Below, piece after piece: positions 14,404 through 22,365 of a stretch of 64,000 nucleotides of DNA. The translations under genes and the position numbers were made by a program. Within the stretch, counting starts at the first letter, position 1. Each line of letters opens with the position of its first letter. Source of the stretch: Planctomycetota bacterium (GTDB taxonomy: Bacteria; Planctomycetota; UBA1135; GCA-002686595); contig JBBDIB010000061.1 of NCBI GenBank assembly GCA_040880665.1, positions 24,688 through 88,687 on the forward strand, read 5' to 3'. The notes beneath the pieces are model-generated. The model was not told the DNA's origin, did no database searches, and saw only the letters and a program-made list of their open reading frames with translations.

Positions 14404-16053
14404 ATGCGCGTGCTCTTCCTCTACCCGAACCTCTACACGCAGATGGGGTTCAACCACGGCTTGGCTTCGCTCTCGGCGGTCCTGAAAGCGGCAGGGCACG
14501 AGACGAGTCTCTTGAACCTGAACGAGCGGCTGCCGCCCGTGCCGTCGCGGGGCGAGATCTACGAGCGCGTGCTGGGCTCGGGCTTGGTCGGGTTCTCGTG
14601 CCTCTCGATGCAGTACCAAGAGGCGCGCGCGATCGCTACGGACTTGCGCGAGCGCGCGGCGCGGGACGGCGCGCAGTTGCCGCCGCTCGTCGTCGGCGGC
14701 ATCCATCCGACGATGGTGCCCGAGGAGGTCATGGCGGACGGCGTCTGGGACTACGTCGGCGTCGGGGAGTGCGAGCACGCGCTGGCGGAGTTGGTGCGGC
14801 GCGTCGAGGAGGGCGAGCGGCCCGACGACGTGCCGAACATGCTGGCGTGGAAGGGCGGCGTGCGGCCGAACGCGGGCACGCCGAGCGACTGGGTGCGGAA
14901 CGCGGTGGGGGAGTTCCCCGACGTGAACGCGCTGCCCGTCGCCGACTACGAGCTGTTCGACACGCAACGCATCGTCGATCAGAAGAGCGGCTGGTTCGGG
15001 ATCCTGACCGGGCGCGGGTGTCCGTACCGCTGCACGTACTGCTTGAACCACAAAGTCGTCGACTTGTATCGCGAGGACCTCGGGCGCTCGACCAGCGGCA
15101 TCGGCTTCCTGCGCTATCGCGATCCGGCGCGGGTGGTGGAAGAGCTGCGCTTCGTGCTCGAGCGCTATCGGAACGTGGGGACGTTCATCCTCGACGACGA
15201 TCTCTTCACGATGAACAGCGAGCACGCGATCGCGTTCGCCGAGGCGTATCGCGCGGCGGGGCTCGAGACGCCGTGGGTCGTGAACAGCCACGTCGAGCGG
15301 CTCGATCCGCGCGTGGCGGAAGCGCTCGCCGGAGCGCGCTGCCGCATCCTGAAGCTGGGCATCGAAGCCGGCTCGGAACGCGTGCGCAAGACGATCCTGA
15401 AACGCTTCATGACCGACGACGACATCCTGGAAACCGTCGGCGTGGCGGAGGCGGCGGGGTTGCACACGTCGGGCTTCGTGATGGTCGGGCTGCCCGGCGA
15501 GACGGTCGACGAACGTTGGGCCACCGTGGACTTGTTGGCGCGCTTGGGGATCGGCCGCTTTCGGACGTCGATGTTCTATCCCTTCCCCGGCACGGAGAGC
15601 CACGCGTATGCGATCGCGGGCGGTTGGGTCTCGGAAGAAGCGGCGGGGACGTTGACGGACTTCACCTCGACCAGCGCGCTCGACTTCGGGCCCGAGGAGA
15701 ACCTCTTGGTCGCGAAGCTCGCCGCCGCGATGCCGTGGTTCGTCAACGCGCGCCTCGACGGTCCGGCGGCGGCGCGCTACGCGGGCGAAGCCGAACGCGT
15801 GCTGGCCATGGACCGCGCGGAGTGGGAAGCGTTCGAGCCCGAGCTCCGCGCGCGCGACGCCGAACTCTCGGCGGCGGCGACCGCGGCCGGCGAGCTGCAC
15901 TACGCGATTCGCTACAACGCCTTCATGGGCGTGCGCTCGGACTACTTCCTGGCCGAGGAAGCGGGGCTCGAGTGGACGACGGCGGCGGCGAAGCCCGTGC
16001 CCGCGGCGCTGACGTCGCGTGCCTTGGCGGCCGCGGCGGGCGAAGCTTGCTGA
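14404..16053 (+). CDS. B12-binding domain-containing radical SAM protein
   Basis: ATG at 14404 (MRVLFLYPNLYTQMGFNHGLASL). N-terminal Rossmann-like B12-binding region, then a CxxxCxxC cluster motif (GRGCPYRCTYC) and TIM-barrel-like radical SAM core. The long ORF 13609..16053 is an upstream extension with non-protein-like composition. Confidence 0.85.
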   Translation: MRVLFLYPNLYTQMGFNHGLASLSAVLKAAGHETSLLNLNERLPPVPSRGEIYERVLGSGLVGFSCLSMQYQEARAIATDLRERAARDGAQLPPLVVGGIHPTMVPEEVMADGVWDYVGVGECEHALAELVRRVEEGERPDDVPNMLAWKGGVRPNAGTPSDWVRNAVGEFPDVNALPVADYELFDTQRIVDQKSGWFGILTGRGCPYRCTYCLNHKVVDLYREDLGRSTSGIGFLRYRDPARVVEELRFVLERYRNVGTFILDDDLFTMNSEHAIAFAEAYRAAGLETPWVVNSHVERLDPRVAEALAGARCRILKLGIEAGSERVRKTILKRFMTDDDILETVGVAEAAGLHTSGFVMVGLPGETVDERWATVDLLARLGIGRFRTSMFYPFPGTESHAYAIAGGWVSEEAAGTLTDFTSTSALDFGPEENLLVAKLAAAMPWFVNARLDGPAAARYAGEAERVLAMDRAEWEAFEPELRARDAELSAAATAAGELHYAIRYNAFMGVRSDYFLAEEAGLEWTTAAAKPVPAALTSRALAAAAGEAC

Positions 16054-16148
16054 ACAGCGCTGTGCACGCTGAAATCCCGGGCCCGCGCTCGAAGGTTCGT
16101 GGACCCATGGCGTAGAACGGGGCTCCACCCGCTTCCCGGAATCCTTCC

Positions 16149-16376
16149 ATGCCGTCCTTCCGCCCGTCGCTGTTTCCGGCCCTCACCCTCGCGCCGCTCC
16201 TCGCCCTCGCGGGGTGCTTCAACTCGAACCACGAGTCGATTGACCTTGGGTCCGTCTCGGTCGGGCAGCAGTTGATCGACCTGCAGCGGGCGCTCGAAGC
16301 GGGCGCGATCGATGTCGAGGAGTACGCTCGGCTCAAGGATGCGATCGTCGAGCTGGCGGACGAAACCGCCGACTGA
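16149..16376 (+). CDS. Small lipoprotein with SHOCT-like C-terminal domain
   Basis: 75 aa. Signal peptide ending in the lipobox LLALAGC. The C-terminus (LIDLQRALEAGAIDVEEYARLKDAIVEL) matches the SHOCT short oligomerisation motif pattern. Confidence 0.55.
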   Translation: MPSFRPSLFPALTLAPLLALAGCFNSNHESIDLGSVSVGQQLIDLQRALEAGAIDVEEYARLKDAIVELADETAD

Positions 16377-16477
16377 CGGCACGGAAGTCCCGTTCGCGGG
16401 ACGTGATCGGGGTCCCTTGACCCGTCTCTAGGGGATCCGCGTTGCACGGGCTAGAATGAGCGACCGGCTCGAGCCCC

Positions 16478-17509
16478 ATGCTGACACCCAACGTCGTTCC
16501 CGACTTCACCGCTCTGCGCGTCGCCGTCGTTGGCGATCCGATCGCCGACCACTACCTGTACGCGCGCCCGACGCGACTGTCGCGCGAGGCGCCGGTGATG
16601 GTGATGCGACATACGGGCGAGGAGTTCAGTCCGGGTGGCGCGGCCAACGTGGCGCGCAACCTGTGGACGTTCGGGGCGCGCACGCGGCTCTTCGGAGCGG
16701 TCGGTCGGGACGCGACCGGGCGCGAACTGATCGCCCGCTTGCAGAGCGACGCGATCGACGTCGAGGGGGTGGCGACCGTTCCGGGTTGGGCCACTCCCAC
16801 GAAGACGCGCATCATGGGCGCCGAGCAGGGCCGACGGCTGCAGCAGGTGCTGCGCATCGATCGCGAGCCCGACTCGCCCGTGCCCATCGAAGCGCTCGAG
16901 CGCGTCGCCAGTGCCGTCCAGGGACTCGCCGGCGAGGTCGACGCGGTGCTCGTCTCCGATTACGGCTACGGCGTGGCGCGTGGGCCGGTCAAGGACGCCA
17001 TCCTCGAGCTGGCGCGCTCGGGCGTGCGCGTCGTCGTCGACGCCCGCGACGGCTATCGCCACTTCGGCGGGGTCGCGGCCATGACGCCCAATCTGGGCGA
17101 GCTGGCGCACGAGCTGCGCATTCCCTTCGACGAGCTCGAACGACCCGAGGACCTGGCCCGTGCGGCGGCGCGCTTCCGCGAGGAATTTGGTCCGCGCGCG
17201 CTGCTCGTCACGCGCGGGAACGAAGGCATGAGCTGGTTCGACGACGAGCATCCCGGCGGCCTGTTCGTCGGGCCCAGCGGCTCGGCGACCGTCGTCGACG
17301 TGTCCGGAGCGGGGGACACCGCGGCCGGCGCTCTAACGCTGGCGCTCGCGGCCGGCCTCGGCGGTCCGCGCGCGATGCGGCTCGCCAACGCGGCGGCCGG
17401 CGTCGTCGTCATGGAATCCGGGGCGACTGTCTGTTCGCTGTCGAAGCTACGCTCCGCGCTACCGAACTCGCCGCAGCCCCAAGTGTTGTCGACGACCGTC
17501 GAAGCGTGA
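16478..17509 (+). CDS. PfkB-family sugar kinase, RfaE/HldE domain I-like (D-glycero-beta-D-manno-heptose-7-phosphate kinase)
   Basis: 343 aa. N-terminus VAVVGDPIADHYLYARPTRLSREAPVMV is typical of RfaE kinase domains. PfkB signature DVSGAGDTAAGAL near the C-terminus. No fused adenylyltransferase domain. Confidence 0.75.
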   Translation: MLTPNVVPDFTALRVAVVGDPIADHYLYARPTRLSREAPVMVMRHTGEEFSPGGAANVARNLWTFGARTRLFGAVGRDATGRELIARLQSDAIDVEGVATVPGWATPTKTRIMGAEQGRRLQQVLRIDREPDSPVPIEALERVASAVQGLAGEVDAVLVSDYGYGVARGPVKDAILELARSGVRVVVDARDGYRHFGGVAAMTPNLGELAHELRIPFDELERPEDLARAAARFREEFGPRALLVTRGNEGMSWFDDEHPGGLFVGPSGSATVVDVSGAGDTAAGALTLALAAGLGGPRAMRLANAAAGVVVMESGATVCSLSKLRSALPNSPQPQVLSTTVEA

Positions 17510-18354
17510 CCGAATTCACGGGCCAAGCCCAACGAACACGGTCGGTCGTGACGCGCGCCTGGACGCTGGGCTTGCCGGCGCTCGGAACCTTGATCGGCTG
17601 CCTGGGCGCCGTTTGCGGCATCGGCGGCGGACTGTTCGCGACGCCGCTCTTGAACCTCGGGGTCGGGCTCGTCCTGACCACGGCGATCGCGACATCGCTC
17701 GTGATGGTGTTCGCGACGGCGCTCGCGGCGACGGTCGCCGAAGCGCTCTCGGGCGAGTCGCACCTCGTCTGGCCGCTCGTCTTCGCACTCGCCGCCGGTG
17801 CCTTCCTCGGAACGCGCGCGGGCTATCGCTTCGTGCAGCGCCTGGGCGTTGGGCGCTTGGTCTGGATCTTCGGGGGCTTTCTCTTGTTCGCCGGCGTGCG
17901 GCTGATCCTGCCGGGATCGACGCCGATCGAGCCGACGGCGCTGGACCTCGACGCCCGGTCGCTGACGACCGCGTTCGTCATCGGCCTCCTGGGCGGCGCG
18001 ATCGCGCCGATGCTCGGGATCGGCGGCGGCATCGTCATGGTGCCCGGCCTGGCGCTCTTCGTGGACGGCCTCGGCTTCGAGGGCGCGCGCGCCTGTGCAC
18101 TGGCGGCAGCGACGGTGGGAGCCTCGCGCTCGGCGCTGCTCTATGCGCGACGCGGTCGCGTGCAGTGGCGCTACGGCTTCTTGCTGGCGGGCGGCGCGGT
18201 CGTCGGCGCGGCGATCGGCGTGCAGCTCACGCACTTCGCCGGTGCCGGCGAGTTCGGCAAACGCTTCTTGGGCGTGCTGGTGATCTTCGTCTCCTTGCGC
18301 TACCTCATCGGCGCCTGGCGCGCGCAGCGGAGGCGCGGCGCGCGTCAGGCGTAG
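17506..18354 (+). CDS. TauE/SafE-family sulfite/anion exporter membrane protein
   Basis: Polytopic membrane protein with two GIGGG motifs (CGIGGGLFATPLL and MLGIGGGIVMVPGL). The GTG at 17506 overlaps the kinase stop, so the start is uncertain. Confidence 0.75.
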   Translation: MTEFTGQAQRTRSVVTRAWTLGLPALGTLIGCLGAVCGIGGGLFATPLLNLGVGLVLTTAIATSLVMVFATALAATVAEALSGESHLVWPLVFALAAGAFLGTRAGYRFVQRLGVGRLVWIFGGFLLFAGVRLILPGSTPIEPTALDLDARSLTTAFVIGLLGGAIAPMLGIGGGIVMVPGLALFVDGLGFEGARACALAAATVGASRSALLYARRGRVQWRYGFLLAGGAVVGAAIGVQLTHFAGAGEFGKRFLGVLVIFVSLRYLIGAWRAQRRRGARQA

Positions 18355-19655
18355 ATGCCGCGCAGCTTGTCGGCGGCGGCCACGCGCTCGACGGCCAGCA
18401 TGTTGGCCGCCATGCGGAGGCGCACGCCGTGGCGCAACTGCACCTCGCTGACCGCGCTCCACGCCTCGGTCATGAAGCGCCGGATGCGCTTCAGGATCAC
18501 CGGGTCGATCCACGAGAGGCCTTGGCGGTTCTGGACCCACTCGAAGTAGTCGACGACGACGCCGCCCGCGTTGGCGAGGATGTCGGGGACGACCGGAACT
18601 CCGTTGTCGTGCAGGATGCGATCGGCGAGCGCCGAGACGGGGCCGTGGGCTCCTTCGACGATCAGTTTCGCGCGCACGTCGGCGGCGGTGCGCGAGTGGA
18701 TCGCGTTGGCCGTCGCGCACGGGACCAGGACGTCGCAGGGCAGCGCCAACAGCTCCGCGTTCGTCAGCCGGGCGTGGTCGCCCGGCGCGTCTTCCAGCGT
18801 TCCGTGGGCGGCGCGGTACGCCATGATCGTCGGGATGTCGAGGCCCTCGAACTTGTAGAGCCCGCCCGACAGGTCGCTGATGCCGCAGACCTTGTGGCCG
18901 CCCGCGTGCAGGATGCGCGCGAGGTTGCCGCCGACCTGGCCGGCGCCCTGGATGATCACCTCGATCTGGCGGTCCTGGAAGCCGTAGCGCTCGACGCTCA
19001 ATTGCAGGATCGTCTGCAAGCCGATCGCGACCGATTGCTTGGAGAGGCGCGTGCCCGCCATGAAGAGCGGCTTGCCGGTGACGACGCCGTTCTCGGTGTG
19101 GCGTTCGTGGATCGAGACGGTGTCCATGACCCAGGCCATGACGGCTTCGTCGGTGCCCACGTCGGGTGTCAACACGTCACGGTCCGGGCCGATCACGTCG
19201 AGCAGCTCGGCCGTGTAGCGACGGACGGCGCGCTCGAGCTCGAGGCGGCTGCGCAACTTGGCGTTGATGCGGATGCCGCCGGCGGCACCGCCGAAGGGAA
19301 TGTTGAGGACGGCGCACTTCCACGTCATCCAAGCCGCGAGCGCGCGTAGCTCGTCGACCTTGAGCGTCGGCTCCAAGCGCATGGGGCCGATGAACGGACC
19401 CAGCCCCTGATGGTGTTGCACGCGATAGCCGTCGAAGACGTGCACCGTGCCGTCCTCGAGCATGACCGGCAGCGAGACCTTCAGCTCGGAGTCGGGCTTG
19501 CGCAAGACCGCGTAGTTGTTCGGATCGACGCCGACCAGATCGGCCGCCTCGTCGAACAGGCTCATCATCGTCGCGAACGGTGATTCGTCGTCCAGCGCCG
19601 GCGTCGCCGGGAGCGGGTCGTCTTCGAAGGCCGCGATCACTTTCGTCTTGCTCAT
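18345..19655 (-). CDS. Glu/Leu/Phe/Val dehydrogenase-family protein, divergent (two conserved active-site lysines absent)
   Basis: 436 aa from the ATG at 19655 (MSKTKVIAAF). Full-length homology to GDH, including the GxGxxG Rossmann motif (QGAGQVGG). It reads PFIGPMRL where GDHs have PxKGGxR, and FGGAAGG where GDHs have GGGKGG. Confidence 0.8.
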   Translation of the reverse strand: MSKTKVIAAFEDDPLPATPALDDESPFATMMSLFDEAADLVGVDPNNYAVLRKPDSELKVSLPVMLEDGTVHVFDGYRVQHHQGLGPFIGPMRLEPTLKVDELRALAAWMTWKCAVLNIPFGGAAGGIRINAKLRSRLELERAVRRYTAELLDVIGPDRDVLTPDVGTDEAVMAWVMDTVSIHERHTENGVVTGKPLFMAGTRLSKQSVAIGLQTILQLSVERYGFQDRQIEVIIQGAGQVGGNLARILHAGGHKVCGISDLSGGLYKFEGLDIPTIMAYRAAHGTLEDAPGDHARLTNAELLALPCDVLVPCATANAIHSRTAADVRAKLIVEGAHGPVSALADRILHDNGVPVVPDILANAGGVVVDYFEWVQNRQGLSWIDPVILKRIRRFMTEAWSAVSEVQLRHGVRLRMAANMLAVERVAAADKLRGIYA

Positions 19656-19660
19656 CGGGC

Positions 19661-20944
19661 TCAGGCGAAGATGCCGCGCATCTTGTAGACCGTGGCAACG
19701 CGGTCGATCGCGAGGATGTAGGCCGCGGTGCGCAGCGAGCACGAGTGCTTCTGCGACGTGCGATAGACCTCGTTGAAGGCCGTGACCATCGTCTCCTCGA
19801 GGCGTGCGTTGACGATCTCCTCGGTCCAGAAGTAGCCCATGCGATCCTGGACCCACTCGAAGTAGGAGACGGTCACGCCGCCCGCGTTGGCGAGGATGTC
19901 CGGCACCACGACGACGCCGCGCTCGGCCAACTTCACGTCCGCGGGCGCGGTCGTCGGGCCGTTCGCGCCCTCGACGATCAGTTGGGCCTTGATGCGATCG
20001 ACGTTCTTCGACGTGATCTGGTTCTCGGTCGCGGCCGGCACCAAGACCTCGCAGTCGAGGAACAGTTGCTCCGCGTTGGAGATGTGCTCGGCGTCGGGAT
20101 AGCCCGCCAGCCGCTTGTTCTTGGCCAGGTAGTTCAGGACGTCCGGAACGTCGAGTCCGCGGTCGTCGTGGATGGCACCCCACATGTCGGAGAGCGACAC
20201 GATGCGATAGCCCTCGCGGTGCAGGAGCTGCGCCCCGATGCCGCCGACGTTGCCCGAGCCCTGCACGACGACGCGCGCGTCCTGCGCGCGCAAGCCCATC
20301 GTTTTCAGCGCTTCGCGGCAGGTGATCATCACGCCGCGGCCCGTCGCTTCGCGGCGCCCGAGGCTGCCGCCGAGGTTCAAGGGCTTGCCCGTCACGACGG
20401 CGGTCGACGTGCGGCGCACGTGCATGGAGTACGTGTCCATGATCCACGCCATCGTCTGCTCGTTCGTGTTCATGTCCGGGGCGGGCACGTCGCGGTCCGG
20501 CCCCAGGATGTCCATGATGCTAACGGTGTAGCGCCGCGTGATGCGCTCGAGCTCGCCGTCCGACAGCTCGCGCGGGTTGCAGATCACTCCGCCCTTCCCG
20601 CCGCCGAAGGGGATGCCGACGACCGAACACTTCCAGGTCATCCAGGCCGCGAGAGCGCGCACCTCGTCCAGGTGTACGTCGGGCGCGAAGCGAATCCCGC
20701 CCTTGCACGGCCCGCGCAGGAAGTTGTGCTGCACGCGATACCCCCGGAAGACGCGAATCGTCTTGTCGTCCATCAGGACGGGGATCGCGACGGTCAACTC
20801 GCGGTCGGGCGTGCGCAGCACCTCGCGCACTCCGGCCTCCAACCCGAGCACGTCGGCGGCGGCTTCGAACCGCTCGGCCATCGCGAGGAAGGGGTTGAAC
20901 TCGTTGATCTCGAGCTGGGTCTCGATCGCCGTCGTTTCGGCCAT
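19661..20944 (-). CDS. gdh: Glutamate dehydrogenase (canonical motifs)
   Basis: 427 aa from the ATG at 20944 (MAETTAIE). Motifs [24 protein letters not shown] and QGSGNVGG are all present. Confidence 0.88.
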   Translation of the reverse strand: MAETTAIETQLEINEFNPFLAMAERFEAAADVLGLEAGVREVLRTPDRELTVAIPVLMDDKTIRVFRGYRVQHNFLRGPCKGGIRFAPDVHLDEVRALAAWMTWKCSVVGIPFGGGKGGVICNPRELSDGELERITRRYTVSIMDILGPDRDVPAPDMNTNEQTMAWIMDTYSMHVRRTSTAVVTGKPLNLGGSLGRREATGRGVMITCREALKTMGLRAQDARVVVQGSGNVGGIGAQLLHREGYRIVSLSDMWGAIHDDRGLDVPDVLNYLAKNKRLAGYPDAEHISNAEQLFLDCEVLVPAATENQITSKNVDRIKAQLIVEGANGPTTAPADVKLAERGVVVVPDILANAGGVTVSYFEWVQDRMGYFWTEEIVNARLEETMVTAFNEVYRTSQKHSCSLRTAAYILAIDRVATVYKMRGIFA

Positions 20945-20978
20945 CGGTGTCGCCAGGGGGGGTCTGGGGTTGGGTGGA

Positions 20979-21121
20979 GGTCCGGTCGACGTGGTCGAGC
21001 CGGCGACGCGTTGGGCGCCGCGAGGAGAAGTCGACATCTCAACCGGCGCTGCGTCCGGGGGGAACCCTTCGACATCGATTTCCTGCGCGTGACGCCTCGA
21101 GTCGAGGTCGAAGGCTTAGGA
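20979..21121. repeat. 143-bp direct repeat, copy 1 (R1)
   Basis: Aligns by eye without gaps to 24438..24580, roughly four-fifths identical. Long identical runs include ccggtcgacgtggtcgagccggcgacgc, cgacatctcaacc, gcgtccggggggaaccct and cgacatcgatttcctgcg. It lies between the gdh start and the stop of the psi-gene at 21130. Confidence 0.8.
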
Positions 21122-21129
21122 GGTCGGGC

Positions 21130-21710
21130 TCACTCGAGAACGCAGCGGACGACGAGTCGGGCGTTCGAGCCGGCGGGCTGGGACTCGGGTTCGAACCGAA
21201 CGCTCCGGCCGCCGAGTTCGACGGGCGCGATCCGAAATCAGAGATCCGTTGCGTCGCCCAAGTCGAGGAGCGCGTGACCCGAAGCGTCCGTGCGCGCGAC
21301 CGCGGAGCGCTCCGCGTGAAGCCCGTCGGTCGTGGATCTCAGCACTTGGATCGAGAGGTCGATGCCGCGCCCCCCTGCGGGCAGGTCCAGGAACTGGAGC
21401 GTCACCGGCGATCGCTGGCCGACGAACACGAGCTCGGGCTTTCCGTCCGTCGTTGGGCGCGGCCGAAACTCCGCGATTCCAAGCCCTTCGACGGCCACGA
21501 CGAGCCGCTCGAGGTCCGACGAGATCCAACCTTGCCAGTACGCACCGCGCACGCCGACGGGCGGATCGGCGGGATTCGGCGTGCGCAGCTCGAAGCCTCG
21601 CCCGGGTTGCCCGTCGTGCCGTCGAACACTTCCAGCGCGACGTTGAGCGGTTCGGGACCCTCGAGCGTCACGTGTCCGTTGTCCGTCAGCACGTGCTCGG
21701 ATCGTCGCTC
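21130..21710 (-). pseudogene. 3-prime remnant of a paralogue of the 29671..32043 exported protein (frameshift plus in-frame stop)
   Basis: The pieces SEHVLTDNGHVTLEGPEPLNVALEVFDGTTG, FELRTPNPADPPVGVRGAYWQGWISSDLERL...LLDLGDATDL and, after a stop, FRIAPVELGG...VVRCVLE match the last ~190 aa of the 801-aa ORF product (DLWIKIAPIELGG...IVRCVVE). They are spread over two frames, with TGA replacing the Trp codon. Homology stops abruptly at about 21710, where the GC content drops. Confidence 0.8.
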
Positions 21711-21842
21711 TCAGAGAAACCACGCACACATCTTGACTTTGGCTCGATGCTGTTTCTAGTATGCGAAACCGCGCGGTGCTCATGGGCCGCACCTTGTGTC
21801 GTCTTCTGTGTGCCACTTCCAACCTACTACTCAAACATCACG

Positions 21843-22277
21843 ATGAGCTTCGTTCGACTCTCCATTTCCGCAATTGTGCTTTTGGTCGGAACTGCAATGC
21901 TGGGCTCTACACCGCTTGCTGCGCAAGCACAGATTTCTCCCGAGTGGGACTCGGAGTACTGCTGGACACAGTCTAGTCCCTCTGGGCCCGCACCCGCGAT
22001 CGTCGTCTTTGAGAAAAAGAAGGCCCCGGGAATTGGCGTCTACGACTACACGTGGTCGATGTACGCAAAAGACCCTGAAACCGGCGAACGCGGAGCACTG
22101 TTGCGTGCCGGGGACTTGGCTCCGACTATCGATCCGGACAAGTGGTACTACACAGAGGAGGACGCGAACGGGACTGTCATTAACGGCGGCCTCATAGAAG
22201 CGCAGCACGAGAGTAACAAGAAGTGGAGCTGGGCTCAGAACCAGGGCGGGACTGCTTCGGGTGAGCTAGCTTTATGA
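21843..22277 (+). CDS. Small secreted protein of unknown function
   Basis: 144 aa from the ATG at 21843. Signal peptide MSFVRLSISAIVLLVGTAMLGSTPLAAQAQ. Trp/Tyr-rich mature part. No family recognised. Confidence 0.5.
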   Translation: MSFVRLSISAIVLLVGTAMLGSTPLAAQAQISPEWDSEYCWTQSSPSGPAPAIVVFEKKKAPGIGVYDYTWSMYAKDPETGERGALLRAGDLAPTIDPDKWYYTEEDANGTVINGGLIEAQHESNKKWSWAQNQGGTASGELAL

Positions 22278-22365
22278 TGTATCGGCCTCTCCATGCGTTA
22301 TATTGGCTGGATGTGATCGTCGATGCATCTGGCAGGGTGCTGTCCACGATCTTTTCTGAGCTCAA

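Noticed and set aside
20979-21121. The 143-bp repeat as a riboswitch or other structured cis-regulatory RNA upstream of gdh
   Set aside because: I compared it by eye with consensus features I remember for glycine, glutamine, c-di-GMP and guanidine (ykkC-type) riboswitches, and none fits. The second copy lies in a convergent intergenic region, not in a 5-prime UTR. It is kept only as a repeat.
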